DNA of 20,000 nucleotides, from the NCBI GenBank assembly GCA_051942245.1, contig JAVECL010000043.1, positions 59,167 to 79,166 of the forward strand, written 5' to 3'. The notes beneath the pieces were generated by a model. That model did no database searches, was not told the origin of the DNA, and was given only the letters and a program-made list of their open reading frames with translations. The first letter of the stretch is position 1, and every line of letters starts with the position of its first letter. Source of the stretch: Trypethelium eluteriae. Its lineage: Eukaryota. Position numbers and translations under genes: made by a program. This document shows, one piece after another, positions 10,614-20,000 of the stretch.

Positions 10614-12197
10614 TCAGTACGGCCGACTTTCCCTCTCCCTGAATCCACCAAACCTCTCCATCCCCCTCCTCCTCCCTCCATCAAGCCCTCCACCCGGCAA
10701 ACTCACCCTCTTCAACGGACTCCCCGGCCTCCTCGCATGCCCATGCGCCTGCGCCTGCATCTGCCCTTCGTCCCGCGCCTCACCACGCAGATGATTCGTG
10801 CTCGCCGCCTTCCGAATCGGAGAATTTGCATGCGTGTAAACCCCCAGACTGCCGCCATCTCCTGCACCTCCCCCTGTACCACCTGCACCTGCACCTACAC
10901 CTGCACTGGTTCCGCTCTCACGGTACCGTGACGATTGATATTCGCTCGCGTGGCGCGGCCGGATGGGACTCGAGAAGTCGGTTTGGGGGAAGCCGTTCGC
11001 GGCCTGCGATTGCGGAGGAGATTTGAGGTTCGGCGTGGCACCTAGGCCGGAGCCGCCGAGGCTGGTCCGCGGCGTAGGGCGCGGGGCAGCAGTAGATTGG
11101 CGGTGGAAGATGCTTCGGGGTTGTTGGTGGGAAGGCTGATGAGTCGCGCTGCTTGGGGGCCGTGAGAGGTGGCCGTCCGGGTCATATTGGGCGGCGTAGT
11201 TGGGGTTGGGACGAGTCTGGAAGCCGCGGTTGACGACGGTCGTGGGAGTGTAGATGTCGACTTCGCGTGTGCGCGTTCCTGCGGGTGAGGTGCTAGTGGC
11301 ACGTGTTTGGGTGCCGACGTCTCGGATTGGTCGGTTGAGAGAAGGGTGTACGAATTTGGTGTCGTATTCGTTAAGGACCTCCTTTTGGATCAGAGCAGCG
11401 TCCTTGGTGTACTGACTGTAGCTAGATTGTAGGAAGCTCAGTTGAACAGAGAGAAGTGTGGTCAAGAAGATAGTAGTAGCCACCGTGACTGAGGGTCGCG
11501 GATCCAGGGACGCACATGGAAGGAAAAGCATGTAAATGAGGACGTGGCCCGGCGAAAAGAGGCAGAAGAGGCGTAAACAGAGAGCTGTGGGATCCCAAAC
11601 TGCAAGTTCCCAGACATCACGCGAGGGATCTGGATGAGCACGAGATTCAGCCGTATTCGAAGACGAAGCGATAATGTTTGAAAGGAATCGAAGAGGAGAG
11701 GACGCTACTGGGGAAGAGTCTACTCGTACGCGCTGAGCTGACGGTGTAGGAGGAGCATCGACCGAGTTTTCAAAGAGGCGGTAGTGTCGTTTCCTCATGA
11801 AGGTAAAGAGAGCATTGAGAATCGAGGTGGCCGTCAGTAAGTGGACTATAAAGGTGCACTGGAGACAAAGTTAACCTCATGACCACAGTATCTTGAAGTA
11901 CCAGGAATTCAAGATGAGTCGAATCTAGTTCAGACTTACAACCCAAGCAAGCCAGCCAGTTCCTCGCCTACTTTGAAAGTCACCGAAAACATCATCGGAT
12001 TTACTGCTCGAGGGCGCGGAATTTGCTCGAGCAATCATAAAGATGAGGTTCGCCCCAAGTCCGACGGGGGTTGCCCAAGCCTTATGTAAGTCTTCCAAGT
12101 CATCTAGCTCTTCTGATACCCATATTAGGAAGTCCCAAGGGTTGAGCTTGGCCTTGATGCGCTCGATGAGAGGTTGGCGTCGAATAAGCGGCGGCAT
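10614..12197 (-). CDS. NUR1: Nuclear rim protein Nur1/Mug154 family (DUF2418-like inner nuclear membrane protein), ~500 aa, 2 exons
   Basis: Exons 12197-11940 and 11858-10614; intron GTAAGT...GTTAAC...CAG (81 nt). Family-typical segments: MPPLIRRQPLIERIKAKLNPWDFLIWVSEEL, RKRHYRLFE..VD..PPTPSAQRVRVDSSP, VWELAVWDP...LFCLFSPGH, DAALIQKEVLNEYDTKFVHP. Hydrophobic TM segments are followed by a low-complexity Ser/Pro/Gly tail. Confidence 0.85.
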
Positions 12198-12475
12198 GGT
12201 GTAGGGTTTTCTCTTGCACTATCGCAACCGGTGTCGCATCTCGCACAGTGCCGAGCAAGGCTTCATAACAGCAAGGTGAAGATGAAGTATGCTCCTTGCT
12301 GGGATGTGAGTATTGTATTGCCTTAGAACGCGGTTGTGATGGAATTGTTTACACTTGGTCGGCAAAGTTGCCTCCGATGCCCCGCCCAGTCTCCAACTGG
12401 CCAGAAGCTGCGGTGACATCGCCGACATCTACAACTCGCTCAAGAACCTTCCATGGTAGTAGTCAAAGAGTAAAG
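12198..12475. promoter_or_regulatory. Compact bidirectional promoter region between NUR1 and VMA7
   Basis: Only 278 bp separate the divergent ATGs at 12197 (-) and 12476 (+). Confidence 0.7.
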
Positions 12476-13091
12476 ATGGCAGCGCCCGCTTCTGAATATA
12501 AGGATCGGCAATTTTTGGCTGTTATTGGAGATGAGGTAGGCTCCACCATCAACATGCGACCACTCGTTATGTACTGTATCTAACAAGCTACCAGGATTCA
12601 GTAACAGGTCTGCTCCTCGCGGGCGTAGGCGTATGTTGACCACTTCGAGACGTCTTTAATTTGCATATACTACGGCAATCTTCAGCATCCATAAACTTAC
12701 CTTTCCATAGCATGTCACGGAGCCACCAGACAGCCAAAAGAATTTCCTCGTGGTAGACGGCAAGACCGAAAACTCCACAATCGAAGCTGCATTCGACAAC
12801 TTTACTCAAAACCGGAAAGACATTGCCATATTACTCATTAATCAGCATGTACGTCTGTATCGACTTGTGGCAAGGCTGGCACGTCTCGACTCGGAATAGC
12901 CAGATAAGACCATGTCCTAATAGCAACGAAACTGATGATGGCTCCTACAGATTGCGGAAAGAATACGATACCGCGTTGACGCCTACTCTGCCGCATTCCC
13001 CTCTTTGCTTGAGATACCCTCAAAAGATCATCCATATGATCCTGAAAAAGACAGTGTGTTGAAGCGAGTGAGGAGGTTGTTTGGAGAATAG
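12476..13091 (+). CDS. VMA7: V-type proton ATPase subunit F, 124 aa, 4 exons
   Basis: Exons 12476-12535, 12595-12630, 12711-12848, 12951-13091. Translation: [124 protein letters not shown]. Signature motifs [15 protein letters not shown] and [15 protein letters not shown] are present. Confidence 0.98.
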
Positions 13092-13432
13092 AAAGAGGCA
13101 GACAATCTCGCCATGAACCCGTTCTGCAAAATGAACATGTGTCATGCCCGGGCTAGCTCTGGCTGTTCCTGAGCGAGTGTTGTGGAGACTTTCTCGATGG
13201 AATTCAAAGCAAGCTAGCAAGCCATTATGGTATAATGAGATATATTAGAAACGCCGACGAATGCCCAAACGGGATTGAGCCTCCATGCCGTGTGTAGAAC
13301 GCACGATGGTCCACCATAAACCTGAACTCTGATGTATTATTTACCACTCGTCAAATTCTCCCCCAGACATCAGAGTTCTCTTCCCGCAACATTGATACCC
13401 GCTAGTTTTGCAGCATCCTTCCCAACGGATAG

Positions 13433-14109
13433 TCACGACTTGTCGCCTCTATGAAACGTTACGGTGGCCGTCAAACACGTAATTTTATCTCCGTCCTTCG
13501 TGAACACGTCTGCGAGGACTGTGTACTTTCCTGGTGGGACTTGCTTGGGCAAATCTACCTGTTTGCCAAGCTCCAAGTCGCCCTTTTTGAGCGGACAGCT
13601 GAGGTCTACTTCTTTGACATAGTCGCAGAGGTTGGCTTCTTGGTTGATGAGTGTAATGAGGCCGTATTTGACTTGGAGATGTACTTTGGCGCCTTCTTCT
13701 ATGTCTTCGTTGAGGGTTCCTTGGGCAGTGATAGAGAGTGTTTTTCCACTGTGCAAACGTCGTATGTTAGCACAGAAACTTAAGAGGAATGGGGGTGCTA
13801 AGCAATCTTTGCCTCGGCCCCTCCTATTCAAGGAGATTGCACCTCTTGATTCCGCAGACTTGAAAGAAGTGGGCGCTTAATTTTGAAAGGAAATTGCACA
13901 TACGGTGCAGGTGGATTAGGATCCAAGTCCACTTGTTTGATAGTTAAGATATCGTCATCGGCTTTCGAGCAAAATAGCAGTGGGTTGTCTCCAGGTACGC
14001 TCAGATCTTCATCATCTGTGACTGTGACTTGGTTGCCTCCATCTAACCACGAGGCGCGAGCAGCGGAGGTAAAAGAGAGGAGTGCGAAAAAAGCAGTGGC
14101 GAACTTCAT
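13433..14109 (-). CDS. NPC2: NPC2/ML-domain lipid (PG/PI/sterol) transfer protein with signal peptide, 173 aa, 2 exons
   Basis: Exons 14109-13904 and 13748-13433; intron GTATGT...GCTAAC...CAG (155 nt). Signal peptide MKFATAFFALLSFTSAARA. ML motifs: VPGDNPLLFC, VDLDPNPPAPGKTLSITAQG, VKYGLITL, LCDYVKEVDLSCPLKKG, LPKQVPPGKYTVLADVFTKDGDKITCL. Confidence 0.95.
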
Positions 14110-14730
14110 CTTGGCTGTGTGACCGATTTAGCACTCGACTCTGTGCTTATGTATGTGGGAGGCTGTCCGGTGCGCAGAGTTTGTAGCAAGATGTGGGACG
14201 AGAGGAGAGGTCGTGGTGAACAGGTGATGATAGAATGCAGCAGATAGCGCGATTGCTGCGCCATTTTGTACTACCAATCAGCGCATAGCGTGGCTGGTGC
14301 TCACTGACGTACCCCACACAACTCTAGCCTACCTTAGTAGGCCAAAAGTACTGTGTACAATGTACCAAAGATTGAACATGCATGGTGACTCTGCAGCTTC
14401 GTTGCAAGCCAATCAAAGATAAGATACGTACTCATCGTTCGAGATCCGGGAAAATCTTATTGATGCTTTATAACTGCATATTTCTCTGGATATAATGCCG
14501 AATTACTACACCACGTTTGCCAAAATATATGAACGCTTTTGATTCGGCTAGAGGCTTACAAAGCCCACTTCCACATATCCCCCAAATGACGCCATATGGG
14601 CCAGCCGTATAGTAGTCAAGAGATGTTGGGAGGGAAATCATAGAATTCCCCTGACCCATGATAGTATTATGCTGCGTAACGTTCGTCAAATCGTTCTCCG
14701 AAGTTCTTGCACCGAGTCTACCAAACGACA

Positions 14731-16432
14731 TCAACGATAAGCATTACCATACGTATTCTCAAACGTATAGCCATTGGGTGCCGCCCCATTCCGTCGTTCA
14801 TCGCCATGTCCACTTCTATCGGGATGCCAGATCGGAAATCCGTCAGGTGGCTGCGCTTCTCCTTGGGGCTTCCCTCTACCATACTCGGCGAGGCTGCCGT
14901 TGATTCCAGTAAGTGCCCAAGCAAAGATTGCTGTGTCTCGAATGCTCGCCATGAAATCCTGTGGTGATGGTCCGCCCACCTTGAGAGTGGCCGGGGCGTT
15001 AGCATGCGCACTCTGGTACTGCCCTTGCTGCTGTAGAGAAATCTGTTGGGGGGGAACATCGGGTGCATTCTGCTGTGCAAATGGATTGTTGAATGGCTGT
15101 TGTGTCTGAAGCCCAGGAATAATTGGATCTGCCGCCCATGGAGCGGCGAATAACCCATTGGTATAGGTAGGCTGGCCAGGCCGATGCAGAGGGTGCGGGA
15201 TCACTGGACGAGCACGGCGCAAGCAAACAACAAGACCATCAGAAGTACATGAGACCACAGCTTCTAGTTCGATGGGCTCGCGCCTCTCAGGAGATCCGTT
15301 TTGGGACGAAGCAGATGATTGGGCTGTGACAGGTTCACCGAAAATTGCTTCATGCGTGTCCGCCGGGTTGGTGCTGTTGTCAGAGGAAGACCTCGATCCG
15401 TTCTGCGCAAGCGCGGGAACTGCGTTGGATGAGTGGAGATTGCCATTGCGACGACCACCACCATCAACTTCCATGTCAGTTGACGAAGAGCTCGGCTGGG
15501 TCCGAGCAGAAGATATGCTATGTTCTGGCCGAGAATATCTATCTTCGTAAACGTTCGCACCTATATCGGTCTCTTCATCTGTTGAAGAAAGATTTGTCAT
15601 CTCTTCGTCGCTATCAACGTCTGTCGAGCTGTCGGGCTGGTCATCTTGCCGTGGATCCCGGAACCAGAAGCGCATGTAAGCGATTGAGTCGTTTCCCTTT
15701 GCATTTTCCAAACAATGCACTGCGTCCTGCAAGCAATTCTCCGCAATGCAGTAGTAGAAGCTGCGTCCCTTCATATCATCGCCTGATATACCAATGATCT
15801 CTGACAAGCCACTGGTGGCATACATGATGGTCAGGGTCCGGGTAAACCGGTTTAGGAATAAGGCAGCTCGAGGCTCATGGCTTTGAGCTTGCGGTCCTTG
15901 ACTGAACTTGGCGGATAGATGTGCCAGCATGTGATATCGAGGATCATTTGGAGAAGATGAGAACAACCGACGAATAACGGGCGCTTCCTGAGCGCGCTCT
16001 GCAACAGAGTCAGCAATACTTCACCAAATCGCAGTTCGAGATTGAGGATACAGACTTTGGCTCTTCATTCCCTTGCGATAGACGCTAGTGCAGCAGACCA
16101 TAACGTCGTACACGACTGTGAAACAACATTCGCAACACACCCATTGCCCGTTGCGATTCTTAATATGGCAGTAAGCAAGCGCAGCAGCCTTGTCCAACTT
16201 CAGACCACGACCGTGCACTTCCTTTGCAATAGGGACTTCTTCGGGATGAAAGAATTGCCAAGCCGATCGGTTCACCACTTCATCTGGCGTGTGACCGAGG
16301 ATATCGACTACCGAATCGGACGAATAGAGGATGCGTGCATCTGGTGTAAGGTCTAGACGCTAGATCAGCACCTGCATCCCCATCTCCGAAGCCCATGAGC
16401 TTACCATGGATGGTAATGAAAGTAGTATCCAT
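14731..16432 (-). CDS. Conserved-looking fungal PAS-domain protein (N-terminal PAS plus a second PAS-like domain), ~530 aa, 3 exons
   Basis: Exons 16432-16405, 16352-16056, 15998-14731; introns of 52 and 57 nt, phases consistent. PAS-A: MDTTFITIHDLTPDARILYSSDSVVDILGHTPDEVVNRSAWQFFHPEE. PAS-B: TIMYATSGLSEIIGISGDDMKGRSFYYCIAENCL. The exact C-terminus is less certain because a further small intron is possible. Confidence 0.85.
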
Positions 16433-17622
16433 AATGGCGGATCTGGCCCGAATAATTCAATTGAAGATGGTCAGAATAACTCAAGCTCAACCAAAAGGTT
16501 CGACAGCAATCTAATAATTGCCCGATACCTTTGTGATTCCTTCAAGAGGAGAAGGTCACCGAGTGGTGGTCCTGTTGGCAAACTTATATTTACACATGTG
16601 CTAAAAGCGTCCGCGATACGAACACAGAAACACTGAGAGCAGTGAATCGGGTTGGAGAGGTTGAATCGGGAGCACCAAAGTTGGATGATTGTTTGATTAA
16701 CTTTTCGACGTGCGTACGACACGACGTCAAGGCTACACGCAACTGTACCTCATCAGATGTCGAGGTCCCAGTCAACCTCTTCACCTTGACTGGCTGAGGA
16801 TTTCGGGCCTAGCTTGACGCTCACCCGGGACGACCGTGGGTATATCGGCTAGCGCTCTTGCGATAATTTCCTTGGGAGGCAATGATGATATTCGGGATGC
16901 TCTAAAAAAAACCAATCCTGTCAGCACCAGGTTCAGCAGCTGTCAACGTCAAAGTCTGCAGGGACCAGGGATATCCCAAGTGCTTGGATGTGCTCTGAGA
17001 CTTCAGGTCGCATGGCACATCTTATTTTTTTGCAACTTGCGGCTTGACGATTGCCATGACCTTGAAGTGAGCGTGGCCATCGCTCGCGGGCGGATGCCGA
17101 CAGGAGGTTGGGCGTGGTGGAGTGCAGGCAGTCCGAAATGACCCACGTACATAAGTTGCAAGGAGAAGTTCCCGCTATGTCCGTTGCTACGACAAAATGG
17201 ATGCTGGGAGGCTTTTGCAGACGGGTCAAACGAGGCTCGGAGACGAGGAGAGTCGATGACGCGCCAGGAGGGCCTGAAGGCAATGGATGCTCTGGAAATG
17301 GAAGATAATAGAGGGGCGGCTAGTGGGGGTACAAGGTGGCGAGCAGGAGGTGAAAGGTTGGGTAACGAGTAGGAGCAGGGGCAAGAATGGAGAAGGGAGG
17401 AATGGGATGGGATGGGATGACGGAAGTGGGACCGGGGTATCCTACCACGCTCCACGGTGTCGTGGGTGTGACCGGGCCCTCCAGGCAGGTACACTGCCAT
17501 GTACCCTCCGTACATTGCAGCCTTTGCACCCTTGGGAAACACACCCGCTTCCGCGTTGTCCGCCTCCGCGTCGACCCCGACCTTTAGCCGCCTCTGGCCT
17601 ATCCCATCAGAGCCTTCCAGGA

Positions 17623-17649
17623 CATCGTGGGCATCGTGGGCATCAGGGC
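17623..17649 (+). repeat. Short tandem repeat CATCGTGGG, about three copies
   Basis: CATCGTGGG CATCGTGGG CATCAGGGC in the PAS/EED divergent intergenic region. Confidence 0.7.
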
Positions 17650-18712
17650 ACCGAGCCCGTCAGGGCATCTCGAAGGCAAACCCACCGGAAACCCTAAATA
17701 TCTGACGCAGTACCCAGCCTTCCTTGCACAAGACCTCACGTGCTGCCATTCCAGCCTGGTCACTTACCCTCTACCCTCACTGTCTCCATTGCACCAATCT
17801 CTCACCGAGCCTTGAACCAATCCTGTGTCCACATACGATTTAAAAAAAAATACGAGGAAAGCGCCGGAGGCGATGGAAGGAAGCCACCCCCCCTTCGATC
17901 ACCGAGAGACAACTTCACGGCCCCCGTCGCAGGACACTAGCAGAGTCTGAAGGTGCTTCAAGTGACGGTAAGAGTCGACGTCACATTGTCAAGTAACTTG
18001 TCCGATCTTCAAATCCCTGATGGGGGGGCAAACCCTCGATTTTGACTGGAAGCCCTTGGAGGTGGGGATTGTACTCCATATGTAAATCGACAGAATCGAT
18101 GCACGAAATTACTGAATGCATGATCGCAATGAGGTCATCCCATTTTTTCGAATGCAGAGCCGTGCTTTATCTTGTACCAAATCCGCATGCTGTAATGTGC
18201 ATTCCCCAATCCATCACCTTGGTAAGGAGAGACACTACCGATTAGTCGGACTTACCACGATGACCTGCAAGTGAAACGCTTCATGGCACCAGCTTTGACC
18301 TTCCCGTGTGGAAGTTTCGCAATACGTTTACCATGTGTTCCTCCAGGTTCCTGAATAAGCGCGCCAAGTCTTCTATACAGTAAAGCCGGTTATTAGTGAT
18401 AAACCCTTTGAGCATGATATACTCTGCAAGTGACCGCGGTGTTCTCCCAAGTGTGGGCCTCAACTAGGTACAACATTCATCGCCGATGTGTTCAATAATT
18501 TCCGCGAATTCGGATCAAGAGCCGAACTTCTCCGGATTGTCCTTCCTAAGCGATTGCACGAGGTCCCTTCGATTCGGACTTCCTTCGATAAAATTGTCCA
18601 CCTAGCCACGCTGCAAGGGGCACAACCATCGTGCGGACATACCGTTGACGCTTGTCGAAGATGCACAGGGCTATCATTGTCTAGATGCGCTTCAGGCAAG
18701 CCGTTACCCGCC

Positions 18713-20000
18713 ATGCACCATGCGACAGACCTTCCTAGCCTGCGAGCATCAATTCGGCTTGGGGTTTGTAACGGGTCTTGCGCCCAACACAACTTGCATC
18801 ACTGTTGACTCTGGCTAGGGTAAAGATTCCGAGCACGACACGAAAGGTAGGTATGGTGTCGTCCCACCAGCTAAAATCAATCTCACTCAGCAGTAGACGC
18901 CCTCTATGACGTGAAGTTCTATCCCTATACCGCAGCCGGTGAGGATCCTGTCTTTGCTGTGACTGGGGGTGCACAAGTTCGTTCGCGCGAATCTCAATCT
19001 TTGACAAAGCTGAACCCTTGACACAGACATTTGTGTGTAGAGCGTTACATCAAAAGGACTCTGCGATCGAAATCCTTCGGTGGTTCAGAGATGAGAACGT
19101 AAGCTATTGCGCAGACCTTGACGCTTAGATAATTCAAGCACTCAAACAATCTCAGGCAAATGTTCAACTGAATAGCTTAGCATGGACGCAGTCACCCAAG
19201 AGCGAGCCTTTAGTCTGCGTATCTGGAGACGACGCCAAGATCAAAATTTACAACGTTCTGACTGGTGAACTACACAGAGTACGAGACCTCTTAGTGTTCT
19301 GCTGTTCTGTGTAAGATCTTAACTCATCGCTAGATACTCATAGGCCATGGCTCGGTATAATCATTGTATTGGAGTTGTATTGATGCGGCTAATCAGGATG
19401 CCCCAGCTTATCAACGACCTGGCAGTCTCGCCTACTTCTCCGACAGTTCTTGCATCTGCGTCGGCAGATCATTCCATCAGAATCTGGGATCTTAAGCGCC
19501 GCCCGAATAAAAACCCATGTGCTGTAATTTGCAGTGGTGGAGGCCATAAAGAAGGAGTTCTTACTGTTGTATGTAACGTGCCGTCTCTCGCACAGAGGGA
19601 ATGCTAAAGGCATAGGGATTTCACGAAAATGGTCGATATCTTCTTTCTGGAGGATTAGATACTGTTGTCAACTTGGTGAGAAAATTCCCCTGAAGCAGGT
19701 CATGATTGAACTCACGCATCGCCAGTGGATTTTACCGAATCTTGCAGACACACCCAAAGACGATAACAGCGTCACACAAGTCCATTACCCACACTTTTCC
19801 ACCACCGAGCTCCATCACGACTTCGTCGACTGGTGAGTAGCCTAGTCTCCCCTCCTAGAGCCCTCTTCCACTTCTAACTCCTTCCACAGCATACTATTCT
19901 ACCACGACCTGATCCTCTCCCGCGCCTCCAAAGAAAACCGCATCCTCCTCTGGAAAATCGACGGCTTCTCCTCCCACGACACACCCCCTCCCCTCTCCTC
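18713..20000 (+). CDS. eed: Polycomb PRC2 WD40 subunit EED/ESC homologue; 3' end runs off the window
   Basis: Exons 18713-18763, 18819-18846, 18891-18976, 19027-19098, 19156-19278, 19334-19354, 19407-19568, 19616-19675, 19726-19832, 19890->20000. Motifs: LYDVKFYPY..DPVFAV, LIGHGSLINDLAVSP..LASASADHSIRIW, GGGHKEGVLTVGFHENGRYLLSGGLD, and HYPHFSTTELHHDFVDCILFYHDLILSRASKENRILLW, which matches the EED-specific HFPxFSTxxIHxxYVDC...DLILS motif. The first two exons are less certain. Confidence 0.92.

Noticed and set aside
10856..10906. CCTGCA-like hexamer repeats
   Set aside because: They simply encode the Gly/Ala low-complexity tail (GVGAGAGGTGGGAG) of Nur1.
1..14109. Sterol/vacuole gene cluster (Upc2-like TF + NPC2 + VMA7)
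   Set aside because: The genes are interspersed with unrelated housekeeping genes and no TCGTATA-type sterol element was seen upstream of NPC2. Chance adjacency is the simpler explanation.
16021..16432. White collar / LOV photoreceptor
   Set aside because: Lacks GxNCRFLQ and any GATA zinc finger.
17003..17697. Several overlapping 100-180 aa ORFs in the PAS/EED intergenic region
   Set aside because: GC-rich promoter/UTR sequence with few stops. Translations are low-complexity with no domain.

Overview
Intron-rich genomic DNA from a filamentous ascomycete (Pezizomycotina-like: short introns with GT...AG ends and CTRAC/CTAAT branch points). Splicing by hand gives eight protein genes. In order: the 5' end of a Upc2-like Zn2Cys6 transcription factor (-); a six-exon FKBP12-family prolyl isomerase that the ORF track does not reveal (-); PHP-family histidinol-phosphatase HIS2 (-); a Nur1/Mug154 nuclear rim protein (-), head-to-head with V-ATPase subunit F VMA7 (+); an NPC2/ML-domain lipid transfer protein (-); a Cys-rich tandem-PAS protein with no visible output domain (-); and the 5' part of the Polycomb PRC2 subunit EED/ESC (+). 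About 5 kb (307-5257) has no recognisable gene but carries scattered splice-like signals. I found no tRNA, rRNA, transposon or CRISPR. I see no clear multi-gene novel system. The best leads are the orphan PAS sensor, the divergent FKBP12 paralogue and a possibly altered EED methyl-lysine cage. All family assignments come from motif recognition, not database searches.
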